Positions 33,246-44,467 of a stretch of DNA of 64,000 nt are shown in pieces. The position numbers were made by a program, and so were the translations under genes. The notes beneath the pieces were generated by a model. That model ran no database searches, had not been told where the DNA came from, and was given only the letters and a program-made list of their open reading frames with translations. The stretch is from an uncultured Gemmatimonadales bacterium (GTDB lineage Bacteria > Gemmatimonadota > Gemmatimonadetes > Gemmatimonadales > GWC2-71-9): positions 640,001 to 704,000 of the forward strand of contig CAVVKJ010000010.1 of assembly GCA_963748815.1 (NCBI GenBank). The letters are read 5' to 3'. The number at the start of each line of letters is the position of its first letter. The first letter of the stretch is position 1.

Positions 33246-34130
33246 ATGCGCGTCGCATCGTGCAGGATGAAGTGAGCCGACGCTTGCCCTCGGCCTCGAG
33301 CGTACCAGCGCGTTGACGCGCGAGGCCGCCGCCGGCGGAGCCCGGCTCGTCGTCTTCCCCGAGACCTGGCTCCCCGGATATCCCGCCTGGCTCGACCACT
33401 GCGGCGATGCCGCCTCTGGAACCACCCACCCACGAAGACCGTCTTCCGCCAGATGGCGGAGCAAAGCGTCGACCTCAATGGTGAATCCGGCGCGGCGCTC
33501 GCCGCCATCGCCCGCCACAGCGCCGTCACCTCGTGGTCGGGGTGACCGAGCGTGTCGCTGCGGGACCGGGCCGAGGCACACTATTCAACGCCCTCCTCAC
33601 CCTTGGCCCCGACGGTTCCCTCCTCAACCATCACCGCAAGCTGGTGCCGACCTATACCGAGCGACTGGTGTGGGGGCCGGGCGACACGGCGGGGCTGCGA
33701 GCGGTCGAGACACCGGCGGGACGGGTCGGCGGACTCATCTGCTGGGAACACTGGATGCCGCTCACCCGGCAGGCGTTGCACGAATCGGGAGAGGACATTC
33801 ACGTGGCGGTCTGGCCGACGGTGCACGAGATGCACCAGGTGGCCAGCCGGCACTACGCCTTCGAGGGACGCAGCTTCGTTTTGGCGGCGGGAGGGCTGAT
33901 GCGGGCGTCAGCGTTGCCGGTGGAATTTGTTTCAGCCGCCGGCTCCGAGGATCCGGATGCGTGGGTCCTGCGGGGTGGGAGTGCCATCATGGCCGGATGG
34001 GGCGTACAGGCCCGGCTCGGCGGCGATCTTGACGGCTGACCTGGGCCTCGGCAGGATTCAGCAAGAATCGACGACACTGGACGCTGCCGGGCGCTACGCC
34101 CGACCGGATTGTCTCGAGGTTCGAGTGCCG
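33246..34130 (+). pseudogene. Nitrilase/carbon-nitrogen hydrolase, multiply frameshifted, 3' end degenerate
   Basis: [31 protein letters not shown] lie in different frames; no stop at the expected position. Confidence 0.75.
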
Positions 34131-35292
34131 CGCCTCTCCCCCGGCTCACGCCTGTGGGGCCCAGAAAGAATCCGTAGTTCTCCTGCGCAGCAATTTGCGA
34201 TACGCCCGTCGCCACCGATGCCGGGACGAGCACATCCGGCCCGGTCTCTGCATGACCCCAGCACCAGACCTCGTCGAGAGAGCTGCGACCGCACGCAAAA
34301 CCGCTCCCGACCGCCAATTGAACGAATTTGTGCCCCCCGGCCACGAGCACCGGTGTCTCAGAGGGAGTCACGGTCCCATCACCGAGGGGGCCGGGGCCCC
34401 AGCAGGCGGCAGTGGAGTCGGTGAGGGTTCCGCAGACCCCGACGCGAAAGCCAGAGCTCCCGATGATGTAGGTGCCCTCCATGGCGAGGCTGGTGAACTG
34501 CAGCGTTGCAGAAACCTGCTGCGGCATTCCACCGACCTGCCAGCACCACGCGGTAGAATCGCTCACGGCAAGCGCACAGAAGCCTGGGCTCACCGTGGCA
34601 CTCACAATTCCCCTCACGGGGGGAAGCCCGCTGACTTGCGTCGGGGCCGGCGGGACTCCGTTCGAACACCAGATGGCCGCAGAAACATCGAGTGCGCACA
34701 CCGCCTCGAAGATGCTGCCAGAAGCGCTCACAGCGAGCTCGATGTAGTTCCGAGTGTCATCCACCAAGCCGGGGCTCACATTCCACCAACCAAAGTCCAG
34801 ATTGTTTGACACCGGTTCGGCATTGGCCCAGAAAGACAGTCCCCAGCAGCGGAGCTCTCCGTTCGCAAGGCCGCAGCCCATTCCGCCCGCCGCCGCCAAT
34901 TGGTCCACCCGAAATGCCTCACCCGTGGACTCAAAATCAATCGGCTCGCCCTCTGGGATGCTGGCCCGGACCTGGTTCACGCCCGACGTGGCGCCGAGCG
35001 TCCACACCGCCTTCGCGTACCCGTCGGCATCCGTCGTCACGCCGGTGGGCGCGATGCTCCCCCCACCCTGCCGAATCGACCAGGTCATGGCCACGCCGGC
35101 CCTTGGCGTCCCCGACGGGTCGACCGCCCGGACGACGAGTGTGTCAATCAACTCCCACCCGGGCGCCCCGACCATCGAGGGCGCCTGGACGATGATCAAC
35201 TCGGCCGGCAACGGCTCGGTCGTCTGGTCGTCGCAGGCGACAGAGCTCAGCATCGCGATCGACATCAGCCCTGCATAACGCAGTGTGATCAC
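33853..35292 (-). CDS. Ig-like + RCC1-like repeat lipoprotein, natural C-terminus apparently lost near 34140
   Basis: Lipobox [19 protein letters not shown] (Big_1-like); repeated C-G/A...CWG blades; lacks the shared PVQPVRSE tail. Confidence 0.75.
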   Translation of the reverse strand: MITLRYAGLMSIAMLSSVACDDQTTEPLPAELIIVQAPSMVGAPGWELIDTLVVRAVDPSGTPRAGVAMTWSIRQGGGSIAPTGVTTDADGYAKAVWTLGATSGVNQVRASIPEGEPIDFESTGEAFRVDQLAAAGGMGCGLANGELRCWGLSFWANAEPVSNNLDFGWWNVSPGLVDDTRNYIELAVSASGSIFEAVCALDVSAAIWCSNGVPPAPTQVSGLPPVRGIVSATVSPGFCALAVSDSTAWCWQVGGMPQQVSATLQFTSLAMEGTYIIGSSGFRVGVCGTLTDSTAACWGPGPLGDGTVTPSETPVLVAGGHKFVQLAVGSGFACGRSSLDEVWCWGHAETGPDVLVPASVATGVSQIAAQENYGFFLGPTGVSRGRGAALEPRDNPVGRSARQRPVSSILAESCRGPGQPSRSPPSRACTPHPAMMALPPRRTHASGSSEPAAETNSTGNADARISPPAAKTKLRPSKA

Positions 35293-35357
35293 GGAAACCC
35301 TCTCGTTGAGACCATCGTGGTCCGCGCCGTGAGCGTTTCACTTCGGACCGGCTGCAC
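34902..35357. repeat. 456-bp direct repeat, copy A
   Basis: Collinear with 36787-37242 (offset 1885 at both ends). Confidence 0.85.
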
Positions 35358-36134
35358 CGGCTCGTAGTGGGTGACATTCAAATAAACTATGCTCGTGTTG
35401 GAAAGATCACTGCTGCAATAAACTTCGTCATCGGCCAAGCGCACGCAGGTGAGCGAATTGTAGGCGAATCCGGCGATGGGGAGCTCCGGCAATCCCGTGG
35501 GCCCCGGCCGTACCTCTGCATTTGCCCAGAGCCAGAGCGAGTTGGCTCCGGCAAATCCGAGCACCAACGCCTTGACGCTGTACCCGGCCAGACGGGATCC
35601 GCCACCCGGCCCAAGCACCATCGTCGGAAGCCGAACATCTTGATCGCCCCAGCACCACACCTCGCCGTTGGCCTTCCTGCCACAACTGAACCCGTCCGCC
35701 ACCGTCAGCTCGACGAAGCGGTGCTCGCCAGCCACATACCCCACACCGTTGTACCCCGTAATTGTGCCATCTCCCGGCGGGCCGATACCCCAACAGGCGG
35801 CGGTCGAGTCTGCTAGGAGTCCGCACGCCCGGTAATCTGGATACAGCACGGGGATTCCCACGCCGTCAGACCACGACATCCAAAGAGCGGTGAAAGCCGG
35901 CGAACCCGCGATTTGCTCCGGGGCTGACCCGTAAATCCAGCACCAGGCGGTCGAGTCGGCGACCGAGATGCCGCAGAATCGTTTGTCCCTCCCCTCACCG
36001 GGACGCATGCCGCCGACGAGCTGACGAATCACGGGAAGGCCCGCGACGAGAGCGACGTCGGGCGCGCCTGCACTCGCGCACCAGACCGCTCCCTGTGTGT
36101 CGAGCCCGCAGGCAACGGATCCGGCAACGGCCAC
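35289..36134 (-). CDS. RCC1-like repeat protein lacking signal peptide and Ig domain
   Basis: Starts mid-blade (AVAGSVACGLD); ends [25 protein letters not shown]. Confidence 0.65.
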   Translation of the reverse strand: MAVAGSVACGLDTQGAVWCASAGAPDVALVAGLPVIRQLVGGMRPGEGRDKRFCGISVADSTAWCWIYGSAPEQIAGSPAFTALWMSWSDGVGIPVLYPDYRACGLLADSTAACWGIGPPGDGTITGYNGVGYVAGEHRFVELTVADGFSCGRKANGEVWCWGDQDVRLPTMVLGPGGGSRLAGYSVKALVLGFAGANSLWLWANAEVRPGPTGLPELPIAGFAYNSLTCVRLADDEVYCSSDLSNTSIVYLNVTHYEPVQPVRSETLTARTTMVSTRGFP

Positions 36135-36136
36135 GC

Positions 36137-37177
36137 CTATGCCTCCTCGCCGGTGGTGCGCCCACAGCTGAACCGATCGCCGACCACCAATTCCACGAAG
36201 CGATGCCCACCGGACACCACCACCGCACTGTCCATCCCGCTACCCACAGGGCCATCGCCTGCAGGACCAACGCCCCAGCAGACGGCTACCGAATCCGCTT
36301 GCAGGCCGCACGCCCGGTAGTCGCCATACGGAACCACCGCTGCGCCGAAGGCATTGCCACGTGACAACCATATGGCGCGAAGCGCCGGCGAGGCGATGAC
36401 CTGGCTCGGCGGCGAGGCGAGCGTCCAACACCACGCTGTCGAATCAGCCGCGGCGGAACCGCAATATTGTGGCGACCGTAGGTAGGTGAATCCGAGGAGG
36501 GCCCCTGCGATTTGGCGAATGGCCGGAAGGTCTGAAATCTGAGTCGGGGTCGGCGACTGTGCGGTGGCACACCACACCATCCCTACACCGTCCAGCCCGC
36601 AGACCGAAGGTCCTGCCACCGCGAGATCAACGAAGTGATGGGTATCGTCCACCAGACCAGGGGTGAAATTCGCTCCGGCATTCGGCGCGACGGATACGGG
36701 CGAGGAGTTGCCCCAGAATGGCGCCCCCCAACACCAGAGCGCTCCTGCGCGCAGCCCGCAGGCAAACCCGTCCTCCGCGGACAGGCGGTCCACCCGAAAT
36801 GCCTCGCCCGTGGACTCGAAATTCGCCTGAGCGCCCTCGAGAGTCCCGGCCCGCACCCGGTTCACGCCCGACGTACTCCCCAGCGTCCACACCGCCTTCG
36901 CCAATCCGTCCGCATCGGTCTCATCGGTCGTTGGCGCGATGCTCCCCCCACCCTGCCGCACCACCCACGTCACCTCGACCCCCGCCCTTGGCGCCCCAGA
37001 GGGATCGACCGCGCGGACGATGAGAGTATCGATCAACTCCCAGCCAGGCGCGCCCACGGTAGAGGGGGCTTGGACGATGACCAGGTCGGCCGGCAACGGC
37101 TCGGTCGTCTGGTCGTTGCAGGCGACAGTGCTCAGCATCGCGATCAACATCAGCCCTGCGTGACGCGATGGGATCAC
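36137..37177 (-). CDS. Ig-like + RCC1-like lipoprotein, C-terminally truncated
   Basis: Lipobox STVAC; stops at FSCGRTTGEEA where paralogues continue GEVxCWG. Confidence 0.7.
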   Translation of the reverse strand: MIPSRHAGLMLIAMLSTVACNDQTTEPLPADLVIVQAPSTVGAPGWELIDTLIVRAVDPSGAPRAGVEVTWVVRQGGGSIAPTTDETDADGLAKAVWTLGSTSGVNRVRAGTLEGAQANFESTGEAFRVDRLSAEDGFACGLRAGALWCWGAPFWGNSSPVSVAPNAGANFTPGLVDDTHHFVDLAVAGPSVCGLDGVGMVWCATAQSPTPTQISDLPAIRQIAGALLGFTYLRSPQYCGSAAADSTAWCWTLASPPSQVIASPALRAIWLSRGNAFGAAVVPYGDYRACGLQADSVAVCWGVGPAGDGPVGSGMDSAVVVSGGHRFVELVVGDRFSCGRTTGEEA

Positions 37178-37242
37178 GGCAGACCTCTCGTTGACATCAT
37201 CGTCGTCCGCGCCGTGAGTGTCTCACTTCGGACCGGCTGCAC
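36787..37242. repeat. 456-bp direct repeat, copy B
   Basis: Collinear with 34902-35357. Confidence 0.85.
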
Positions 37243-38160
37243 GGGGTAGTACGCGAGCTCGCCAACGATCGTACTGCCGCCGTCAAGCTCGTCCGAACAG
37301 TACACTTCGTTCCCGGCCATCCGGAGGCAGGTGACGGTGTTGTAGGCCATCGAAAGGACGCCGGCGTTGGGCAGCCCGGTTGGGGGGAGGAGCATCGGGG
37401 CGGTGGGTGCCCACCAGTGCTGGAACTGGCCCGGCGACAGGGCGGTGAGGACCCTGGCCTGGGATCCGCCGAGGAGCGTGGCGCCGGAACCGACCGCAGT
37501 CGGGGTCGTAGGCGTCAGGTCCGGCCCGCCCCAGCAATCCACCTCTCCCGTCGGCAATCGTCCACAGGAGAAGCGATCACCCACGGTCAGCTCCACCCAG
37601 CGGCCCCCTCCCGTCACGGCCACCACCGAGTCGAGCCCGCCCCACAGAGATCCATTCCCAGGCTGGCCCACACCCCAGCAGTAGGCGGTCGAGTCCGCCG
37701 TAATCCCACAACCGCGATAGTCCTTGTACCGAACAGGGGCCGCACCGAACGTATTCCCATTCGCCACCCAGATCGCCGCGAAGGCCGGTGATCCCACCAC
37801 CGGCTCCGGGACGGAGTCGGTGCGCCAGCACCAGGCAGTCGAATCGGAGGCCGCAAGCGCGCAGAACCGCATGCGCCCGCTGCCCCACCAATTATTGGCG
37901 CCGACCAACTGGCGGGCGGCGGGCAGGCCGCCCACCTGTTGGAGGGCGTGGGACGCTCCTGTACTACACCACACTACCTGCGCAGGATCGAGTCCACAGA
38001 CTGTGGACCCCGACACCGCAATATCCGTAAATGCGTGGAGGTCATCCACCAGCGCCGGCGATACGTTCGCAGGTGGGAAAGGTCCTTGGGATACCGGTTC
38101 CCCGTTCGCCCAGAAACCAGGTCCCCAGCACCACAGTGTCGTTCCGACCATGGGAGCCAC
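37174..38160 (-). CDS. RCC1-like repeat protein lacking signal peptide and Ig domain
   Basis: Similarity starts at LWCWG; ends YYPVQPVRSETLTARTTMMSTRGLP. Confidence 0.65.
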   Translation of the reverse strand: MAPMVGTTLWCWGPGFWANGEPVSQGPFPPANVSPALVDDLHAFTDIAVSGSTVCGLDPAQVVWCSTGASHALQQVGGLPAARQLVGANNWWGSGRMRFCALAASDSTAWCWRTDSVPEPVVGSPAFAAIWVANGNTFGAAPVRYKDYRGCGITADSTAYCWGVGQPGNGSLWGGLDSVVAVTGGGRWVELTVGDRFSCGRLPTGEVDCWGGPDLTPTTPTAVGSGATLLGGSQARVLTALSPGQFQHWWAPTAPMLLPPTGLPNAGVLSMAYNTVTCLRMAGNEVYCSDELDGGSTIVGELAYYPVQPVRSETLTARTTMMSTRGLP

Positions 38161-38269
38161 CCGCCAATGGATACTTACGGCGCGGGTCCGCAGAGTTCAA
38201 GGGGGCGCGGCAATAGCTCCTGTCTTGACGATGAGCCTCGATTTGGGACAGATGCCCCCCGGAGCCGCC

Positions 38270-39163
38270 ATGATCCGCCCGCCCGCACTCGTGCTGGCCC
38301 TTTCCCTCCTTGCCGCACCCGCCATCGCCCAGGTCACCACACCGCAGGACACCACCCTCGGGGACACACTCCTCGTCGACCGGACGCTCAGCGGTGTCGC
38401 CGACTCGTTCCGCGTGAAGCTCGCGGAGGGCGGCCAGTATCGAATCCTGCTGACGCCGGGCGCCGCTACCCTGACCGCAATCAGCGCGGACAAGCGCGCT
38501 TCCTCGGCGTTTCCCGCCCGCGTCCGCGAAGGCGCCGGGGCCAACCCCACGCTCATCGAGCTCTACCCGCCACGAACCGCCGAGTACACGGTCCGGATCA
38601 GCGCGAGCGCCGGCCTGGCAGGCGGGCGCCTGCAGTTGTGGTCGGACCGCAAGCTGGCGGAGGAGAAGCAGGCGACCCAGGACCGGGCGTGGGGCGTCGG
38701 GCTGGGGTTCGCTGGCGGGTGGCACTCCGGGTTCTACACCGGCGCGGATGACGCGAATTCGGGACAGTCGGGGGCGGTCATCGAGGGGTGCCTGCTGGTG
38801 GGAAGCAGCGGGCCGGTCAGCGGCTGCCTCGGCTTCTCGAGCATGGAACTCGGCAGCGAAGAGAACAAGCTCACCTGGTTCTTCGTCGAGCCGAGATTCC
38901 GGGTGGTCAGCATCGGCTCGCTCGGCCGGCCGCTCGACCTGATCGTCTCGGCCCGCATCGGGCAGGGCAACTCGGAGCGCGTCGGGGTGGACCCGACCAT
39001 GCTGGCCCCGGGGCTGATCGTCTCCTACCACCTCGACAGCCGACCCGGCGCGCGCGGCTGGCGACTCAACTTCCAGTTCTTCTACGCCCTCCTCGGCAAC
39101 GTCGACACGCCGAACAACTCCGACTTCGCGCAGCTCACGCTGGGACTGGCGTGGATTCCGTAG
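38270..39163 (+). CDS. Exported protein with probable C-terminal beta-barrel
   Basis: GGAG SD, signal peptide, amphipathic strands ending AQLTLGLAWIP. Confidence 0.7.
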   Translation: MIRPPALVLALSLLAAPAIAQVTTPQDTTLGDTLLVDRTLSGVADSFRVKLAEGGQYRILLTPGAATLTAISADKRASSAFPARVREGAGANPTLIELYPPRTAEYTVRISASAGLAGGRLQLWSDRKLAEEKQATQDRAWGVGLGFAGGWHSGFYTGADDANSGQSGAVIEGCLLVGSSGPVSGCLGFSSMELGSEENKLTWFFVEPRFRVVSIGSLGRPLDLIVSARIGQGNSERVGVDPTMLAPGLIVSYHLDSRPGARGWRLNFQFFYALLGNVDTPNNSDFAQLTLGLAWIP

Positions 39164-39256
39164 CGCGACCGCTTGACACCCCGAATGGCAATCCCGATAC
39201 TGGAAGGTGCGGTACAGGTGCGCCGCACCCCTGCCCCCTCGAGCCTCGGACCGCCG

Positions 39257-39877
39257 ATGCCGGTGCGAATCGTCCCGCCCAGCGAATCGGATACCCTCCT
39301 CGCCGTCCTCTGCGACGCCTTCTTCGATTACCCCGTCATGCGCTACGTCCTGGGCCCGGAGCCGAACTACGCGGAACGGCTCGGCACCCTGATCGGCCTC
39401 TTCGTCGCGGCCCGCGTGGCACGCGAAGACCTGATGCTCAGCCTCGACGACGACGTCGGTACCCCGGTAGCCGCCGCGTTGGTGAATCTCCCTGGGGGCA
39501 GCGTCCCCGGCCCCGCGTTCGAGTCCCTTCGGGAGAGCGTCTGGGCGGAGTTGGGGCAGGAGGAGCGACGGCGCTACGAGGCCTTCGGCGCCGCGACCCA
39601 GCCCTTTGAGATCGGGGAACCCCACCACCACCTCGGCATGATCGGCGTGCGGACCGCCCACCAGGGCGCCGGGCATGCCCGCATCCTCCTGCAACACGTC
39701 CACGCCGTGGCCGCCGCCGACTCCGACAGCGCCGGGGTGTCGCTCACCACCGAACTGTCCCGGAACGTCGGGTTTTACGAGTACTTCGGCTACGAACTCT
39801 CCGGCTACGCGCGCGTGGCACCCGAGCTGGAAACGTGGTCGTTCTTTCGGCCGGCCACGGCGGCAGATCGACGCTGA
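39257..39877 (+). CDS. GNAT family N-acetyltransferase
   Basis: HLGMIGVRTAHQGAGHA, NVGFYEYFGY. Confidence 0.88.
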   Translation: MPVRIVPPSESDTLLAVLCDAFFDYPVMRYVLGPEPNYAERLGTLIGLFVAARVAREDLMLSLDDDVGTPVAAALVNLPGGSVPGPAFESLRESVWAELGQEERRRYEAFGAATQPFEIGEPHHHLGMIGVRTAHQGAGHARILLQHVHAVAAADSDSAGVSLTTELSRNVGFYEYFGYELSGYARVAPELETWSFFRPATAADRR

Positions 39878-39901
39878 CCCTCACCCCCTCCGGAGGGACG
39901 G

Positions 39902-40312
39902 ATGAACAACCTCGTCGTGGCACGCTACCTGGACGGGACGATCCTCAAGGGAACCAGCCTGGATGTGGACCCGACGAAGCCGGCGTTCCACCTGCGACCC
40001 CCGGAGGGCGTCACCGCCGAGGTCAAGCTGAAGGACCTCAAGGCGCTCTTCTTCGTGCGCTCCCTCGAGGGCGACATGGCCCGCCACGAAACCCGTACCC
40101 TCGACCCCGGAGATCCGCGAACGCATGGCTCCACCGCCGTGTCCCTGCAGTTTCCCGATGGCGAGGTCATGGTCGGCCTCACCAACCGCTTCCCGCCCAA
40201 CCGCCCGTTCTTTTTCGTGGTACCGGTCGATAAGGAGAGCAACAACATCCGGGTGCTGGTCAATCGCAGCGCCGTGAAAAAGATCGAGCCGCTGGGCAGC
40301 GGCTCGATGTAG
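39902..40312 (+). CDS. DUF6982-like hypothetical protein
   Basis: VVARYLDG..LKG, LKALFFVR, FPDGEVMVG, SNNIRV; GGAGG SD. Confidence 0.75.
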   Translation: MNNLVVARYLDGTILKGTSLDVDPTKPAFHLRPPEGVTAEVKLKDLKALFFVRSLEGDMARHETRTLDPGDPRTHGSTAVSLQFPDGEVMVGLTNRFPPNRPFFFVVPVDKESNNIRVLVNRSAVKKIEPLGSGSM

Positions 40313-40331
40313 CAAGGGCCTGGCGCGCAGC

Positions 40332-40910
40332 CTACTTCGGGCCGATGGCTCCCGCCGCCGGCCAGTCGGAGTCGCCCACGCGAAGGAGGTTGCTCTCGTA
40401 AAACCGCACCGGATCCTTGCCAGGCGCCAGTCGGTCGCCGACCTCGTTCCACTTGCCGTCCTTGACGACCGCGGTGTAACGGATGGTCATCGGACCCGCC
40501 GGGATCTCCCAGACGAAGCCATCGGGCGTCGGCGTAAGGGTGAAGTCGCCGACGCTCCCTTGTGCGTATGAGCGCATCGTGTAGGCCTTCGTTGCCGGGT
40601 TAAAGGAGATCGTCGCGAACGCATTGAACGCGAGCGTGCCGTCCGCCTCATAACCCCGCCCCTCCACTACCTTCACCGCCCCATCGAGGAAGGGTCCCAC
40701 CCGCTCCGTCTGCGCCAGCGTGTGCCGCTGTCCGGACTGGTCAATCGTCCACGCCGTGCCGCGCCATACCCCGTCCATGAAGGCCAGCGGCGCCATGGCC
40801 TGCCGCTCAGCCGCCAGAAGCACGCCGGGGTCCGGGCGCCCCTGTGCCCCCGCCTCGCTGGTGCCAACCACCATCAGGACGACCGCCGCAATCCGTCGAA
40901 CAGGCCACAT
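40332..40910 (-). CDS. Secreted DUF1579-like protein
   Basis: Signal peptide; AMAPLAFMDGVWRG, QTERVG, WNEVG. Confidence 0.75.
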   Translation of the reverse strand: MWPVRRIAAVVLMVVGTSEAGAQGRPDPGVLLAAERQAMAPLAFMDGVWRGTAWTIDQSGQRHTLAQTERVGPFLDGAVKVVEGRGYEADGTLAFNAFATISFNPATKAYTMRSYAQGSVGDFTLTPTPDGFVWEIPAGPMTIRYTAVVKDGKWNEVGDRLAPGKDPVRFYESNLLRVGDSDWPAAGAIGPK

Positions 40911-41016
40911 CGTCTGCTCCGTGAGTGGGGAATTCGAGTGCGCCCCACCCAAGCCTGGTGTGGCGCGACCACCAAGCTAGTCCGGTCCGTCGACGCCGGC
41001 TTGAAGAAATGCGACA

Positions 41017-41811
41017 TCAGGGCCGGACACCCCCATGTCCAATGTTCCGGACCCGCTCAGCCACTTCGACGGGGGTCAATCCCGAGAGGGCGCTGAATTC
41101 CCGGATCAGGTGGGCCTGATCGGCAAAACCGAGCTCGGCCGCGACGGCGGACCAGCTCATCGGCGATTCCGACACCAGGTGCTGCAGCGCACTGCGGAGT
41201 CGGCGCACCCGGGCGAACTGCTTGGGGGAAAGTCCCACGGCGTCGCTGAACCGGCGCTGCAACTGCCGGGGACTGCGGTGGACCGCCGCGGCGAGTTCGC
41301 CAAGCGGCGCCTCGCCACGCGCCGCCACGATGGCCACCACGGCGACCCGAACCAGCGTGTCGATCGGCGGACACCGCCGCAGCATTTCGTCGAGCGCATC
41401 CCCCCACGCCAACCCAGAAGCCTCCGCGTCCCGACAGGTGCCTTGCGCGGACGCGAGCTCGAGCGCCACCGCGCCGAGCGTCCCGGCGGCCGGTTCGATG
41501 ACGTCCCTCAACCCACGTGCCGGTCGCCGGACCATCCGTGGCCCCATGTCGGGCCAGAAACGAACGCCCCAGAACTGATCCCCCGGCAGGACGGGAATCC
41601 AGAGGGGTGACAATCGTGGGCCTTGCAGCGTGAGCTGCGTCGACCCATCGGCGCGCCGGCTTGCGATCAGGCTGACGCATCCATCCGGGATCACCTGGTG
41701 GAGATGCCCGGGCGCCACGTCGTGGACCATGGCCCCCCAGTAGGAAGCCACATGTTGACTGAACCGCGGCTGCGGATCGAATTCGTGATAAACGATCGAC
41801 GGCGGGTGCAC
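41017..41811 (-). CDS. AraC family transcriptional regulator
   Basis: IPDGC N-domain; SPRQLQRRF..VGLSPK, GFADQAHLIREF; start approximate. Confidence 0.9.
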   Translation of the reverse strand: MHPPSIVYHEFDPQPRFSQHVASYWGAMVHDVAPGHLHQVIPDGCVSLIASRRADGSTQLTLQGPRLSPLWIPVLPGDQFWGVRFWPDMGPRMVRRPARGLRDVIEPAAGTLGAVALELASAQGTCRDAEASGLAWGDALDEMLRRCPPIDTLVRVAVVAIVAARGEAPLGELAAAVHRSPRQLQRRFSDAVGLSPKQFARVRRLRSALQHLVSESPMSWSAVAAELGFADQAHLIREFSALSGLTPVEVAERVRNIGHGGVRP

Positions 41812-41836
41812 TAGGCGACCCCTCCCCGCAGCGAGA

Positions 41837-42670
41837 TCACTCCGCTGCTTCCCGCTGCTGCTGGTTGAGCCCGCGTTCGGCCTCGGCTCGCTCCCGGATC
41901 TCCTTGATCTGTTCCCGCTGATCTGCGGCCGCCGCCGCGCGCGGCAGCGCCAGCTGGTAGTCCTGCACCCGCATCCGGCCCTGGACGTCCAGCGCTTTGG
42001 ATTCGTTGCCACCGTTCGGAAATGGAATCAGCGCCAGCACGAGGCTGGGAATCCTGACGCCAGCGACGGTGATCCACTGGCCATCGAGTCCATACTCCCG
42101 CCCCCCGATGGTGGCCTTCCAGGACGGTGGCAGCACTCGCCCACCGCCGGGCAACGCCGCCAATGAATCGAGATAGTGGTTGAGGATCGCCTTGACCGCG
42201 CTGTCGGTGAGCTCGGCGTGGGTACGCGGCGCACCGGGCCCAGCCGGCGCGGATCGGTCCCACAACAATCCCGTGCCGAGCGAGCGCCAAGGGAACAGGG
42301 AGCGCGGGTCCGTCACCGCCCAGGCCGGGGCGGAGTCATTCGGCGCGCCACCCACCGGCGTTGGAGCGACGAAGAAACGATCATCGACGGCGGGAGTCGG
42401 TACCGGGATGGGTGTGGGGCGATCGCGCGGGAGCGAAGGAACGGTGGCGGGCGGAGGCAGGAGGGCCACGAGCACTTCGCGGGGCGGCACTTCCTGCCGC
42501 TGGGTAAGCGACCGCAGGAGGTGCCGCTCCGCAAACCGGGCGGCGGGGTTGAACAAGGAGATCAGAACCACGATCGCCGCCAGGTGCAGGGCGACGCTCG
42601 TGGCGAGCGCCCACGGGGGCCACCGTGGCGGCCGTGGGAGCTGGAGTTCAGGCGGTGTGCCGGCCCCCAT
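41837..42670 (-). CDS. Membrane-anchored Pro-rich hypothetical protein
   Basis: TonB-like anchor SVALHLAAIVVL followed by a Pro-rich linker; start uncertain. Confidence 0.65.
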   Translation of the reverse strand: MGAGTPPELQLPRPPRWPPWALATSVALHLAAIVVLISLFNPAARFAERHLLRSLTQRQEVPPREVLVALLPPPATVPSLPRDRPTPIPVPTPAVDDRFFVAPTPVGGAPNDSAPAWAVTDPRSLFPWRSLGTGLLWDRSAPAGPGAPRTHAELTDSAVKAILNHYLDSLAALPGGGRVLPPSWKATIGGREYGLDGQWITVAGVRIPSLVLALIPFPNGGNESKALDVQGRMRVQDYQLALPRAAAAADQREQIKEIRERAEAERGLNQQQREAAE

Positions 42671-43840
42671 CTTCCTGCACCCCGGCCAGCGCCCGGGTCA
42701 GGCGACCGACCGCCTCCGTGAGTCGTGCCGGCGGGACCACAAGGGCGATCCGGAAATACCCTTCCCCTGCCGGACCGAAGGCGCTCCCGGGCAGCACCAT
42801 GACCCCCTCGACTTCGAGCGCGTGCCGGGCAAAGGCCTTCGAGCTGATTCCCCCCGGCAAGGCCACCCAGAGGTACATCGCCGCCTTGGGCACGGCCACG
42901 CGGAACCCCGCCGCGCGCAAGGCCGGCACCGCGGCATCTCGGCGGCGCGCGATCTCCTCGCAGATCGGCGGAATCAGCGCTTCCGCCTGGTCGAGGACCG
43001 CCGCCCCCGCCTCCTGCACGGCCAGGAACGGCCCCGTGTCCTTGTAGGTCTTGGCGCTCGTGAGCGGCGCGATGAGGTTCGATTCCCCGACCGCGAACCC
43101 GATCCGCCACCCGGTCATCGAGAAACTCTTCGAAAGCGAGAAGAACTCGACCGCCACTTCGTGCGCGCCGCGGATCTCGAAGATGCTCGGCGCCCGGTAT
43201 CCGTCGAAGACGATGTCGCAGTACGCGTTGTCGTACGCCAGGACGATCTGATGCTTCCGGCAGAGCGCTACCACCCGCTCGAGATACTCGAGCGGGGCGA
43301 CGGCCGCCGTCGGATTGTTGGGGTAGTTGAGGAAGAGCAGCCGGGTGCGGCGCAGGACCTCCTCGGGCACGCTCTCGAGATCGAGCAGGAAATCGTTTTC
43401 CTCGCGGAGCGGGACGACATGCGCCTCCGCCCCGGAAAGGACCGTCCCGCCGAGGTAGGCCTGGTAGCCCGGCTCCGGCATGACGGCGACGTCGCCCACG
43501 TTCAGGAACGCGAAGGGCATGTGCGCCAGCCCCTCCTTCGACCCGATCAGCGGCAGCAACTCGGTGGACGGGTCGAAGCGCTTCCCGAACCGCCGGTGCA
43601 CGTAGTCGCTGGCCGCCCGGCGGAACTCCGGATGTCCCTGCTGGAATCCGTACTTGCTGTTGGCCGGGTTGTCGATGGCGCGCTTGAGGGCGTCCACCGC
43701 CACCTGCGGCGGCGGCGTGTCGTTGTCGCCCGCGGCGACATCGATGATGTCCTTGCCGGCGGCCATCAGCCGCCGCTTGATCCCCGGCAGCTCGGCCAGG
43801 GGATACCCCGGCAGGGCGAGCAGCCGGGCGCTTGGTGTGA

Positions 43841-43844
<4 letters not shown>
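42648..43844 (-). CDS. Class I/II PLP aminotransferase, LL-diaminopimelate aminotransferase-like
   Basis: IGSKEG, NYPNNPT, YDNAY, SLSKSFSMTGWRIG. Confidence 0.9.

Positions 43845-44463
<619 letters not shown>

Positions 44464-44467
<4 letters not shown>

Noticed and set aside
33853..38160. Diversity-generating retroelement or shufflon
   Set aside because: No reverse transcriptase or adjacent invertase; repeat differences are not adenine-specific; all units share one orientation
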